From an uncultured Rivularia sp. (lineage in GTDB: Bacteria; Cyanobacteriota; Cyanobacteriia; Cyanobacteriales; Nostocaceae), in the NCBI GenBank assembly GCA_963665115.1, contig OY762007.1, positions 8,416,001 to 8,480,000 on the forward strand: 64,000 nucleotides of DNA. The letters are read 5' to 3'. A model generated the notes under the pieces. The model made no database searches. It saw only the letters and a program-made list of their open reading frames with translations, and had not been told where the DNA came from. Positions within the stretch are counted from its first letter, which is position 1, and each line of letters starts with the position of its first letter. Below, piece by piece: positions 20,170-30,589 of the stretch. The position numbers and the translations under genes are program-made.

Positions 20170-22926
20170 CTAAATATCATTTCCCATTTCCGACTGCGAC
20201 AATACACTTTCAATCAGTTGGAGATTTTCTTTACTTTCCCCTTGCTTAAGATATTCGATTGCAATTCTTCCCGGTGCAGGCTTTTCTTGACTAATAGAAA
20301 TTAATATTTTGACTGTTTGAATCAGCGTATTCCTTTCTAAATGTCCTACTGTAATTGTTGGTAGTGCGATCGCAGCAGTTATAAGTGCCAAAATGTTTGG
20401 GATAGCAGGTACCCACCATCCCTGTAAAAAAGCTAAGTAAGCAACACCCAAAATTCCGACAATTGAAAAGATCGCAGCAATGACAATAAAACTGCGAGAA
20501 TTGATTTTCCAAGCTAATATTGCACCTATTCCCGACCAAAACAAAATCCATAGCCATTCTATAGGCTCAGAGCATACTCGTAAAAAACCTTTTCCATCCA
20601 AAGCCGCACTCAGTAATTGACTGATAATATTTGCATGAATCGTTACTCCTGCCATTTGTTTGGGAACTCCTTGCAAACGCTGGCTGCTATAGGGAGTCAA
20701 AAACGAATCGTTAATACTTTCGGCTGTTACACCTATGAGAGCTATCCGCGATTTTAATGCTTGCGGAGGTATGCGATTAGCTAACAAATCTGTAATAGAG
20801 AAAGTTTGAAACTGTGCCCTTGTGCCATGATAATTAAGCAGAATTTGATATCCTCCCGTTTTAGCTCGAATGTAGCTACCGTGATTGGGTTGTAAAGGTT
20901 TAAATACGGTTTTTCCGAGTTGAATATGATAAGGTTTTTTAGGCAGTGCTTTGAATGTAATATCTTCTGCTTTGAGATAACCCAAAGCCAATTTTACAGC
21001 AAAGCTAAACTTATATTTATCTTTTATTAATTGATAAGAAAGTAAAGCCCGACGTACTTTGCCATCTTCATCTAAAATCTGGTCATCAAAACCTACTCTA
21101 TCTAATTTTTCTAAAACTTTAGATGGTGCAACTTGACTATCGACTATTTTTTCTATTCCAATTAAATTAGAAGTAGTTTTGAATAATTCAACTAACTCTT
21201 CATGACCTGGTTCCACAGGTAAATCTCTATATAAAGCCAGTCCAATCATCCTGGGTTTATAAGATTTTAAATTTCTTAAAGCGGCTGCCAATACTTTATC
21301 GGATAAAGGATATTTACCAATTGTTTGAATATCCGACTCATCAACAGTTATAATAGCTATTTTAGGTTCTATTGTTGCCTGTAAATTTGCTTGAAAAAAT
21401 CTATCCCATATAGTTAATTCCATTCCTTGCAATAAACCAGTAGAACGTAGCAAAATAACAAAAAAAGCAACACCGATTGAAATAGCAATCGTCCAACGTT
21501 TGAGCAACCGTATATTCTTGACTTTATCTTTTGCTATTCTCTTCACATCTGCTAAAATTTTATATGCTTGTTTTGCAGCCTCTAATGCAAATTCTGCTTT
21601 TTCAAGCTCCTGATTTGCAGCAATCAAATTATTTTCTACTTCTTGTTTTACCAGCTTTTGGCTGGCACTCAAATAACGGTAATCTAAATCGGAAAGCTTT
21701 TTATTATCTGCCCATAATAGTGCTTGTTTAAGGGCTAAACCACTCAATAGCTGGGAATTATCCTGCTGTTGGGAATCAATCCAAGTATTAAATTTTTCAT
21801 AATAAGGACGGAGATTCTCTAATTGCTGGCTTACCCATTCTTTATCAAATATTTCCCGATAAATCCTATTTTTTACTTTTATAACTCCTTGCTCGTTTAC
21901 AACTAAACCAGATAGCAGAAGTTCAATTTTTTCTGAACTGTTATTGCTCTGTATTATTTCCCCTAACAATATTCTTTGGTAAATACCTAACAAACGTCCC
22001 GCTAATTGTTCGTTACTCAGAATCCGATTACTAATAGTTCTTAAATGCTCCGGTTCATCCTGGAATTCCCAATTTTCGATAATTTGCGATCGCACAATTT
22101 TTTCAACGAATAATTCATGGTTTGATAAATCATCTCCACTTGCGAATTGTTGAGTATATTCACATAAAAATTTACATAATTTTTGAGTCAAAAAGGGCTG
22201 CCCATTTGTCCAATATAAAACTTCTTTTATTACTTTATGCGGTTTTTCTATCTGATTCTGTAAACCTTTATTTAAAGGTTGAATTTGCTCTAAAGTAAAA
22301 CCATTTAATTCAATTGATTTACCAATATTAAACGGAGTGCGCTTCTTATTTTTAATTAAATCCGATGGTGTTGCAACTCCAAATATCGCGAAAGTAATTC
22401 GCTTATAAGCTGGATTGATTGTTCTCTGGTTATAGCAAAACCGAATTAAAGCAAAAAAATCATCTACTGAAAAAGGTAAACTGAGTATGCTATCTATTTC
22501 ATCAATAAATATAAATAGCTCTTCCGTAGGAAACTGTTCTAAAATAACGTCAGAAATAAATAGATTTAATCTCTGCAAGATAGGAATATCTTCTTGTTCG
22601 CGCCACCAACTTTTGAAATTAACCTTTCCAAAAAGATTAAAGCCTAAATATAATTGAGAGATAATTCCCTTATACCATTGCTCCGGAGTCACATTTTCAC
22701 TACCAATACCCGTCACATCAACAGCAGTACAGCGAAAACCCTCTTGCTCTAAACGGTGCTTGGTGCGTACTAACAGAGAAGATTTTCCCATCTGTCGAGA
22801 ATTAAGCACATAGCAAAATTCTCCTTTTTTCAAAGCTTCGTATAATTGTACATCTGCTTCTCGCTCTACATAGGTAAGAGCATCGTTACTTAAACTTCCA
22901 CCTACTTGATATTCATAATTGCTCAT
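20170..22926 (-). CDS. AAA_35 NTPase - TM - CHASE2 - 3TM membrane sensor
   Basis: [34 protein letters not shown]. After the TM helix: CHASE2 motifs ([30 protein letters not shown]) and three TM helices. Only a ~55-aa C-terminal tail. Confidence 0.9.
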   Translation of the reverse strand: MSNYEYQVGGSLSNDALTYVEREADVQLYEALKKGEFCYVLNSRQMGKSSLLVRTKHRLEQEGFRCTAVDVTGIGSENVTPEQWYKGIISQLYLGFNLFGKVNFKSWWREQEDIPILQRLNLFISDVILEQFPTEELFIFIDEIDSILSLPFSVDDFFALIRFCYNQRTINPAYKRITFAIFGVATPSDLIKNKKRTPFNIGKSIELNGFTLEQIQPLNKGLQNQIEKPHKVIKEVLYWTNGQPFLTQKLCKFLCEYTQQFASGDDLSNHELFVEKIVRSQIIENWEFQDEPEHLRTISNRILSNEQLAGRLLGIYQRILLGEIIQSNNSSEKIELLLSGLVVNEQGVIKVKNRIYREIFDKEWVSQQLENLRPYYEKFNTWIDSQQQDNSQLLSGLALKQALLWADNKKLSDLDYRYLSASQKLVKQEVENNLIAANQELEKAEFALEAAKQAYKILADVKRIAKDKVKNIRLLKRWTIAISIGVAFFVILLRSTGLLQGMELTIWDRFFQANLQATIEPKIAIITVDESDIQTIGKYPLSDKVLAAALRNLKSYKPRMIGLALYRDLPVEPGHEELVELFKTTSNLIGIEKIVDSQVAPSKVLEKLDRVGFDDQILDEDGKVRRALLSYQLIKDKYKFSFAVKLALGYLKAEDITFKALPKKPYHIQLGKTVFKPLQPNHGSYIRAKTGGYQILLNYHGTRAQFQTFSITDLLANRIPPQALKSRIALIGVTAESINDSFLTPYSSQRLQGVPKQMAGVTIHANIISQLLSAALDGKGFLRVCSEPIEWLWILFWSGIGAILAWKINSRSFIVIAAIFSIVGILGVAYLAFLQGWWVPAIPNILALITAAIALPTITVGHLERNTLIQTVKILISISQEKPAPGRIAIEYLKQGESKENLQLIESVLSQSEMGNDI

Positions 22927-23202
22927 TATTATTTACAGTTACACATTGCAATCTATTCACATAAGCTATTAAATGAGGCAGCATTTGCATAGAGTATTTA
23001 TGTATTAACCGAAGAATTATTAATATGCCTTTTTTTGAAACGCTATAAATACAGGTTTAAGCTGTTAGGCACTTAATTTGTATAGTACCCTTCGTGCAAG
23101 ATGCATGTCCTGGCGGACACGCTATTAATTTTGTTACTGATTCTAGTAAAAGCTGATGAAACGCATTCTTCTGATTTCATACATGAGTACTGCTAAATGG
23201 CG

Positions 23203-23229
23203 ATAGGCCCAAGCCGACACCGAAGGTGT
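23203..23229. repeat. 27-nt small dispersed repeat inserted in a HIP1 site
   Basis: GCG[ATAGGCCCAAGCCGACACCGAAGGTGT]ATCGC. Confidence 0.65.
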
Positions 23230-23347
23230 ATCGCACTGTGCCAGTTGCGTAAGTCTTGAGTTAAATTGATGTTTTTAATATCTAATTCCAGGATGGGAGG
23301 TAAATTTATTGTGAGGGGATTCATGATATTAGTCAAAATAGCGGTAA

Positions 23348-23480
23348 TATAAGTAATTAAACAAAATTAATTACATATTGTCATTGCAAGTTGAACGGAG
23401 TGAAACGAAGCAATCGCAAGGGTTGGGATTACTTCGCGCAGCGAATAATGACGGTAAATATTTTTGTTCACCTACTTATA
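23348..23480. mobile_element. MITE, same family as 9715-9846
   Basis: TATAAGTAATTAAACAAAATTAATTAC ... GTAAATATTTTTGTTCACCTACTTATA. Confidence 0.7.
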
Positions 23481-23546
23481 TATTTATTCTAGTTTTATTC
23501 TGATTTTATCTAAAAAAATTGCTGTAACTACCTTTAATCAAAGCTT

Positions 23547-26102
23547 GTGAATTTAACCCGCTACTTAATTTTAATATTACTGACTTTTCTTTTAACTATA
23601 ACGGTTGCACCAGTTGCAGCAAGATATCCTGTTTCTATTTCTGTTAATCCTTCTTCTTTAACACGTACAGCACAATCAAATACTCTTGAACGAGGAAAAC
23701 AATTTTACGAGGAAGGTAAATTAATTCAAGCTCTGAAAGTATGGTTGGAAGCTGTAAAGGAATTTGAAAAAAAGGGAGAATTACGCAATCAAGTTTTAGC
23801 TAATAACTATTTGAGTGTCGTTTATCAAGATTTGGGAAATTGGCAAGCAGCAAAGAAGTCTATAAATAATGCTTTAAAAGTAGTTAAAAATATTGATAAT
23901 GGGTTACTTTATGCTCAAATTTTAAATACCAACGGTAGTTTGCAGTTGAAAACGGGTAATGCTCAAATAGCTTTGGAAACTTGGAAGCAATCTGAGGAAG
24001 TTTATCGTCAACTCGATGATGCGACGGGAATTGTTCTGAGTCAAATTAATCAAGCTCAAGCTTTGCAAAATTTGGGATTTTATCGTCGCGCAAGAACCGA
24101 GTTAGAACAAGTTGCTCTCGATTTAGAAAAATTACCCGATTCTTTAATCAAAGCTAGGGGTTTGCGGAGTTTGGGTATTACTTTACAAGCGGTGGGAGAT
24201 TTAGGTAATTCTCAAAAAATATTATTGCAAAGTTTGAATATTGCTCAAAAATACAATTCGACAGTAGATGCTGCTCAAGCTTTATTGGTATTGGGAAATT
24301 CAGCAAAAATAAAAGATAATTTAACTACGGCTTTGGATTATTACGAACAAGCAGCAGCCATAGCTCCAGATTCTCGCAGCAAGTTGTCAGCGCAAATTAA
24401 TCAATTTAGTTTGCTTTTATTAGTCGAACAACCTAAAACAGCTTCACAATTACTTTCTAAAATCCAAAATATTCTTCTTACAATTCCTCCGAGTCGTTTT
24501 TCTATCTATAGTCGGGTAAATTTAGCTCAAAGTATTATCAAATATGGAGAATTAAATATTGGGTATGAGGAATTAGGAAAGATTTTAGCGAAAGCTGTAA
24601 AACAAGCGCGGGAATTAAAAGATAAAAGAGCGGAATCTTACGCTGTAGGAGAATTAGGACATCTTTACGAACAAACTTCTCAGTTTTCTGAAGCTTTAGA
24701 TTTAACAACTGATGCTTTAACTTTAGCTCAAGGTATTCAAGCAGATGATATTACAGCTAGTTTATTATGGCAGCAAGGAAGAATTTATAAAGCAAGGGGA
24801 AATCAACAAGCAGCGATTACAGCTTATTCCCAAGCGGTAGATAATTTAAAATCTTTGCGTCAAGATTTGGTGCAGATGAATCCCGACGTGCAGTTTTCTT
24901 TCCGAGATGAGGTTGAACCTGTATATAGAGAGTTGGTACAACTGCTTTTACAAGATGTTGATAATTTAGCTCCTCAAATCAAACAGCAGCGTCTGGAAAA
25001 ATCTCGTCAAATCATTGAAGGATTGCAGGTTGCGGAATTAGAAAATTTTCTTAAAGCAGCTTGTTTAACTTATCAGCCCCAACCGATAGAACAAATCGAT
25101 CGAAATGCTGCGGTAATATATCCGATTATTGTCGATGGCCGTTTGGAAGTCGTTTTATCTCTTCCCAATCTTCCTTTGCAGCATTATTCCACTAAGGTTT
25201 CCCAGGAAGAGGAAAATTCGGTATTTAATCAACTGCGTCAATCTTTAAATCCTGCTTTCCCAGCTTCAGAAGTATTAGCTCCCGCTCAAAAGGTATATAA
25301 TTGGTTATTACGCCCTGTAGAAACAGAATTACAAAATAGTAAAATTACAACTTTGGTATTTGTCCTCGATGGCTTTCTTCGCAGTTTACCGATGTCGATT
25401 TTACATGACGGCGAAAAATTCCTAGTTGAAAAATACAATATTGCTTTAACCCCTGGATTGCAACTTTTCGAGTCGCGAAATCTCCCTGCTCAACAATTCA
25501 AAGCTTTAACTGGGGGATTAACACAAGCAAGTCAAGGATTTTCAGCTTTACCAAGTGTGGAAACAGAAATTGCTCAAATTTCCAACTTTGTCAACACTCA
25601 AACTTTACTAAACGAACAATTTACCCGTCCCAAAATTCAAAATAAAATAGAATCCGCTCCCTTTTCGGTAATTCATCTTGCTACCCACGGACAATTTAGC
25701 TCCAAAGCCGAAGATACATTTTTATTAACTTGGCAAGATAGAATTAACGTCAAAGACTTGGGTAAATGGTTGAAAAATCCATCTTCCAACTTACGCGATC
25801 GCCAACCAATTGAACTTTTAGTTTTAAGTGCTTGTCAAACAGCCAAAGGAGACAACCGTGCAGCTTTAGGATTAGCAGGAGTTGCAGTTCGTTCTGGCGC
25901 TAGAAGTACTTTAGCAACACTTTGGTCGGTACAAGATAAATCGACATCAGACTTGATAACCGAATTTTACCGCGTTTTAACACAAAATAAAACCACCAAA
26001 GCCGAAGCCTTGCGTCAAGCACAATTATCTTTGTTAAAGGATACTCAATACCAACATCCTTATTATTGGTCCCCTTTTGTTTTAATTGGGAATTGGCAGT
26101 AG
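23547..26102 (+). CDS. Signal-peptide-bearing TPR-CHAT protease, paralogue of 9956-12520
   Basis: Signal peptide ending VAA, IHLATHG, LVLSAC, HPYYWSPFVLIGNW. Long shared segments such as LSQINQAQALQxLGFYRR. Confidence 0.92.
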   Translation: MNLTRYLILILLTFLLTITVAPVAARYPVSISVNPSSLTRTAQSNTLERGKQFYEEGKLIQALKVWLEAVKEFEKKGELRNQVLANNYLSVVYQDLGNWQAAKKSINNALKVVKNIDNGLLYAQILNTNGSLQLKTGNAQIALETWKQSEEVYRQLDDATGIVLSQINQAQALQNLGFYRRARTELEQVALDLEKLPDSLIKARGLRSLGITLQAVGDLGNSQKILLQSLNIAQKYNSTVDAAQALLVLGNSAKIKDNLTTALDYYEQAAAIAPDSRSKLSAQINQFSLLLLVEQPKTASQLLSKIQNILLTIPPSRFSIYSRVNLAQSIIKYGELNIGYEELGKILAKAVKQARELKDKRAESYAVGELGHLYEQTSQFSEALDLTTDALTLAQGIQADDITASLLWQQGRIYKARGNQQAAITAYSQAVDNLKSLRQDLVQMNPDVQFSFRDEVEPVYRELVQLLLQDVDNLAPQIKQQRLEKSRQIIEGLQVAELENFLKAACLTYQPQPIEQIDRNAAVIYPIIVDGRLEVVLSLPNLPLQHYSTKVSQEEENSVFNQLRQSLNPAFPASEVLAPAQKVYNWLLRPVETELQNSKITTLVFVLDGFLRSLPMSILHDGEKFLVEKYNIALTPGLQLFESRNLPAQQFKALTGGLTQASQGFSALPSVETEIAQISNFVNTQTLLNEQFTRPKIQNKIESAPFSVIHLATHGQFSSKAEDTFLLTWQDRINVKDLGKWLKNPSSNLRDRQPIELLVLSACQTAKGDNRAALGLAGVAVRSGARSTLATLWSVQDKSTSDLITEFYRVLTQNKTTKAEALRQAQLSLLKDTQYQHPYYWSPFVLIGNWQ

Positions 26103-26136
26103 ATTTGGGGATTGATAATTGATAATTGATAACTGT

Positions 26137-26523
26137 TTATTTTCTCGCCCAAATTTGTGTAACGCGAGGAATTCCAAATATAGTAGTTTTATCTAAAGCT
26201 ATTTCTTTTAACTGAACAACTGTTCGATCGATTTGTGCAGGTAATTCTAACCCAGCTTCAATCAAAGCGTTTTTTGCTTCCGATAGTGACATATTGATAA
26301 GACGCTTATTCTCTCCCGCTACAACTGGCTGTACAAATGAAATTTCCGGATTTATAAACCCAGCATTCTGAAACATCTTGTAAAGTTCGATTCCCAGACA
26401 AAAGTTTTGACCTCTTTCTTTTGTCAAACTAATTAACATTTGATAACAACGATCGTGAACTTGAGAAGATGGTTTGCAAAAAGCTTTACTAAAATCTGCT
26501 TCCTCACAGATAAATAATCCACT
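26137..26523 (-). pseudogene. C-terminal half of a class I SAM methyltransferase
   Basis: SGLFICEEADFS...LGIELYKMFQNAGF...TQIWARK. The SAM-binding N-terminus is missing. Confidence 0.65.
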
Positions 26524-26600
26524 TCATGTGCTTGAGAATGACTCAACATATGAGTTCAAAAGCTTTGCGTCACTATGCGTTAAAAAATATATCTTAAATC

Positions 26601-26755
26601 GTATCCGCTCAGTAAATGGGGGTAAGAAGAAAAAATAAGAAGTAGCAAAGGTATCAGTTTTTACGAGTATATGCGTGACCGCATTTCTCATATTGAAACT
26701 ATTCATCTTTAGGGACAATTATTCAGGAGAAATCTTCTTCCAATCCCTTGATGGG
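26601..26755 (+). mobile_element. Internally deleted relic of the IS66-family element
   Basis: GTATCCGCTCAGTAAATGGGGGTAA resembles the left IR at 38973. 26650-26745 aligns with the transposase 3' end at 40592-40690. Confidence 0.85.
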
Positions 26756-26900
26756 TAATTCGCAAGCAGTTTTTTGCCATAACCAAGGGTAATTACTGAA
26801 ATATTATTTTAACTAATTACAATGATTCACTTAGCTATAACTTGATTCCGGAAATACACCAAACCTAGTGGTTAACCACATTAATTTTGCAGGGCAAAAA

Positions 26901-26957
26901 GGTTCGTAGTAAGGGCTTTAGCCCTTGAATTTAGGACTAAAGTCCCAACTACAAACC
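26901..26957. repeat. REP-like GTAG double palindrome
   Basis: GGTTCGTAGTAAGGGCTTTAGCCCT ... AGGACTAAAGTCCCAACTACAAACC. Confidence 0.75.
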
Positions 26958-26976
26958 TATCTCTATGAAACTTCTT

Positions 26977-28350
26977 TTACCCCAAATTAAAAAATATAGA
27001 AGAAAGAAAACAAGCAGCAATCAATCCAGTTGCATCAGCTAATAAAGCAGCAACCAAAGCGTGACGAATGCTAGTAATTCCGACTGCACCAAAATAAACT
27101 GCAAGTACATAAAAAGTTGTTTCGGTACTTCCCATCATGGTTGAAGCAACGAAAGCACTATAGGAATCCGGTGCTTTTTCAATTAATTCACTCATGATTC
27201 CAAATGCACCACCTCCAGAAAGAGGGCGTATTAAAGCCATTGGTAATACTTCTGCTGGAAGTTGAATTAAATTAGTAATCGGATTTAAAATGTTAGCGAT
27301 GACATCCATTGCACCCGATGCTCGGAACATCCCAATTGCAACTAAAATAGCTACCAAAAATGGAATCACGCTAATCGCAATCCCAAATCCTTGTTTGGCT
27401 CCTTCCGTAACTGCTTCGTAAATTTTAACTCCTCTTCCCACACCATAAGCAATAATTAATAATATTAAAGCTGGCATTAGCCAATGAGAAAGAAAATCTT
27501 GATTAAAAAATCCGGCAACATTACCAGCTTTGATTACTCCATAAACCCAACTTCCTATAAATCCGAAAATAAATAACCAAGCAAATATTTTTGAAGCTGT
27601 ACCTGCGGGATAAAGCAGATGCGAATAATCTCCTTCAACAGCTTCATTTTCTACTTTTTCTACTTCTCCTACTCCTACTTCTTCTATTTCAACTTCTTCT
27701 AATTCTAAATTCTTACATTCTGGTGCTTCACCTTTTTTCTTGCTTCTCTCACCCAACCACAAAGCTACCGAAACTCCCACAAAAGTAGATAATAAAGTAG
27801 AAATTAAAGTCGGTATCCAGATAGCCGCCGGGTTTTGACTATTAGCAGCAGCCCTGATTCCAATTACACCTAAAGGAAGTAAAGTAACGCTGGAAGTATT
27901 TATTGCCAGAAATAAACACATCGCATTAGTAGCAGTTCCTTTTATGGGATTAATTTTATTCAGTTCAACCATCGCTTTAATTCCAAAAGGAGTAGCTGCA
28001 TTTCCCAAACCCAACATATTCGCAGAAATATTAAGAATTATTGCCCCCATTGCTGGGTGAGTAGCAGGTACATCGGGAAACAGTTTGATCATTAAAGGTT
28101 TAAGATATTTGGCAATGGTATACATCAAACCACCAGCTTCCAAAACCCGCACCAATCCCAACCAAAGCGCCATCACTCCAATTAAATCGATCGCTAAACC
28201 AACAGCAGTTTTTGCCGACTCAAAACTGGCTTTGGTAACAGCTTCCATATTATTTGTATAAGCTGCAAAAATAATCGCAACTGCAATAAAACCGACAAAA
28301 ACAAGATTAATTGCACTCGGTTTTTGTGATAATGAATTCGATTGAGCCAT
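26977..28350 (-). CDS. Fused SpmA/SpmB nucleoside-recognition (Gate) domain membrane protein
   Basis: ANMLGLGNAATPFG, RPLSGGGA, GSTETTFYVLAVYFGAVG. Confidence 0.9.
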   Translation of the reverse strand: MAQSNSLSQKPSAINLVFVGFIAVAIIFAAYTNNMEAVTKASFESAKTAVGLAIDLIGVMALWLGLVRVLEAGGLMYTIAKYLKPLMIKLFPDVPATHPAMGAIILNISANMLGLGNAATPFGIKAMVELNKINPIKGTATNAMCLFLAINTSSVTLLPLGVIGIRAAANSQNPAAIWIPTLISTLLSTFVGVSVALWLGERSKKKGEAPECKNLELEEVEIEEVGVGEVEKVENEAVEGDYSHLLYPAGTASKIFAWLFIFGFIGSWVYGVIKAGNVAGFFNQDFLSHWLMPALILLIIAYGVGRGVKIYEAVTEGAKQGFGIAISVIPFLVAILVAIGMFRASGAMDVIANILNPITNLIQLPAEVLPMALIRPLSGGGAFGIMSELIEKAPDSYSAFVASTMMGSTETTFYVLAVYFGAVGITSIRHALVAALLADATGLIAACFLSSIFFNLG

Positions 28351-28542
28351 AATATTTTTAGAGAAAATATCTGAAGAATAAAAGAACTAATAACCGCAAA
28401 AGCATATCGCTACGCAAAGGCATATGTAAAGTCAGGTTCAGAACAATTGTTTCTGAGCATGGGTGTAGAAAGTTTTCCGGTTTATATTTCTATTGCAGGT
28501 ATGACTCATCATCGGAGCCTTTGTTCCTTTCTCGGATTAGTA

Positions 28543-28603
28543 GGTTTCGTAGTAGCGCTTCAGCGCCTCATGATTCGGAGACGCTAAAGCGCTACTACAA
28601 ACC
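28543..28603. repeat. REP-like GTAG double palindrome that supplies the stop codon of the HAD gene
   Basis: GTAGTAGCGCTTCAGCGC ... CGCTAAAGCGCTACTAC. Near-identical to 30441-30498. Confidence 0.8.
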
Positions 28604-29320
28604 ATCATCATTTGATTCAACTGAAGCGCTCGTATAAAGTTCTTTGATTCGTTCAAATTCCAACTCATTCAAATAATCTACAGTCCAATTGGATTGACGC
28701 TGTAGCATATGAAATGGATATGTATTCGCAACTCCGACAACTTTCATACCTGCTGCTTTCGCTGCTTGAACACCTGCAAGTGTGTCTTCAATAGCCAAAC
28801 ATTCGCTTGCTTGCAGATTTAATTCTGGATATTCTTGTCTCAAACGTTCTAGTACAAGTAAATAACCGTCGGGTTGTGGTTTAACAGTAGTAATATCGTC
28901 TGCTGCAACTATAACTTGAAAATATTCAGCTAACTCGGCTCGTTTAAGAACTAACTCTATTTCCCGGCGAATTGCACCACTAACTATTGCTAATTTTAAA
29001 TTGCTCGAACGTATTTTAAAGATAAAATCATTTAAGCCGGGGTATAAAGGCAGTTTTTCTAAACTTTCTATTTGCTCGACGTAACTTTGAGCTTTTTTTT
29101 GCTGTAACTTAGTCAAATACTCTTCGGAAGCAACTCTTCCGCGACTGGCTAATAAATCTCGCAAACAAGCCCTGTCAGTATGTCCCAAACAAATTTTCCG
29201 ATACTCACCCCGTTTGAGTACCAGGTTTTCTTCTAGCAACATTTCTTCTATTAATTGCTGATGAATTGGCTCATCATTAATAATAGCGCCATTAAAATCA
29301 AATATAACTGCCTTTATCAT
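28595..29320 (-). CDS. HAD-superfamily phosphatase
   Basis: VIFDFNG, IVSG, KPQPDGY, AIED..GVQAAKAAGM. Confidence 0.92.
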   Translation of the reverse strand: MIKAVIFDFNGAIINDEPIHQQLIEEMLLEENLVLKRGEYRKICLGHTDRACLRDLLASRGRVASEEYLTKLQQKKAQSYVEQIESLEKLPLYPGLNDFIFKIRSSNLKLAIVSGAIRREIELVLKRAELAEYFQVIVAADDITTVKPQPDGYLLVLERLRQEYPELNLQASECLAIEDTLAGVQAAKAAGMKVVGVANTYPFHMLQRQSNWTVDYLNELEFERIKELYTSASVESNDDGL

Positions 29321-29329
29321 GCTTGCTTG

Positions 29330-30223
29330 CTACGCTGGGGACGGAAAACCAAAGCTATCATCTAATGTACTATTAGAAGTTGGAGTATAGCGCTTAATAT
29401 CAGCTTGAGTTGCTTTATCTTCCGCAGAAATCGGCTTGATACCGCTAGTCAACTGACTTATCAACCATACATCTTCGGTTCGCACCGTTGCAAATTTCGC
29501 AGCGCCCATCTTCGCATCGGTACTGTCAGCAGCATATTCGTGGATATAAGGTTCCTCAAAAATATTATTCAGCCAATCTAGATGACGCAAAGTCTTCTGA
29601 TTCCCATCTAATATTAAAACTTGTCCCCCAGGTACCAGCAACCGAAAACATTCATGCAAAATATTCTGTGCAACCGTAACTGGGGTTTCATGGAACAATA
29701 AAGAAGCCGTAACCAAATCAAACGAAGCATCTGGAAAAGACGTATTTTCGGCATTCCCCTGCTGCCACTCAATGTTTAAACCAGCAGTTTGCGACTTATG
29801 GAAACTTCTAAGCAACATATAAGGGGATAAATCCAATCCGATGACTTCTGCATCAGGGAAAGCTTGCTTCAACATGATAGTCGTCGAACCAGTACCGCAA
29901 CCCAAATCCAGAATGCGTCGTGGTTTTACATTTACCCCATCAATCAAAGCTTGACGAATCCAAGTTTCATTCGGTGGTAAAACATATTGAGTCACCGCAT
30001 CGTAACTCACCGCAGCACCAGGATTCAAATATCCTTTATCTACTCCATGAAAATTTTGCGAACTGTAGTATGCAGGAATAACTACATCATCTCGTCGAAA
30101 GCGATCGCTCTCTTCTTCCCAATTTACACTTTCGGAATAACGTCGTAACTCTTCTTCATCAATCAAAACACGAGCCACAGGAGATAAAAAACGTTCCCAA
30201 ATTGTATTTTCATGGACTGCCAT
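29330..30223 (-). CDS. Class I SAM-dependent methyltransferase
   Basis: ILDLGCGTG, GLDLSPYML, LLFHE, RLLVPGG. Confidence 0.92.
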   Translation of the reverse strand: MAVHENTIWERFLSPVARVLIDEEELRRYSESVNWEEESDRFRRDDVVIPAYYSSQNFHGVDKGYLNPGAAVSYDAVTQYVLPPNETWIRQALIDGVNVKPRRILDLGCGTGSTTIMLKQAFPDAEVIGLDLSPYMLLRSFHKSQTAGLNIEWQQGNAENTSFPDASFDLVTASLLFHETPVTVAQNILHECFRLLVPGGQVLILDGNQKTLRHLDWLNNIFEEPYIHEYAADSTDAKMGAAKFATVRTEDVWLISQLTSGIKPISAEDKATQADIKRYTPTSNSTLDDSFGFPSPA

Positions 30224-30392
30224 CTGTATAAATCCTTAAGTAGGGAGTAGGGAGTAGGGAATAGGGAATAGGGAGTAGAAAAAAGATTTCCCCAATTTCC
30301 CTTGGTAAAGTGCTAAACATAAAAGTATTTTATTCATAAAATTTTAATATATTTTTGTCAATTCTGTGATTTTTTGTTCCCATACGGGAAAA

Positions 30393-30429
30393 TTGACTTT
30401 CTAGAAATATGTACTACAATCGTATTACA
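30393..30429 (+). promoter_or_regulatory. Sigma70-like promoter of rtcB overlapped by a dyad
   Basis: TTGACT-N16-TACAAT; dyad TGTACTAC-AATC-GTATTACA at 30410-30429. Confidence 0.45.
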
Positions 30430-30440
30430 ACGGCAATTTA

Positions 30441-30498
30441 GTTTGTAGTAGCGCTTCAGCGCATCATGATTCGGATGCGCTGAAGCGCTACTACGAAC
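30441..30498. repeat. REP-like GTAG double palindrome in the rtcB leader
   Basis: GTTTGTAGTAGCGCTTCAGCGCATC ... GATGCGCTGAAGCGCTACTACGAAC. A half copy lies at 50841-50864. Confidence 0.85.
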
Positions 30499-30589
30499 CT
30501 AAAATAGTCCGCAGTCGAATATTTTTAAAGTTATTTGCAGTTGATTTACAAAGAATCCGTTGTTAAAATCTAAAATCTAAAATCGAATT

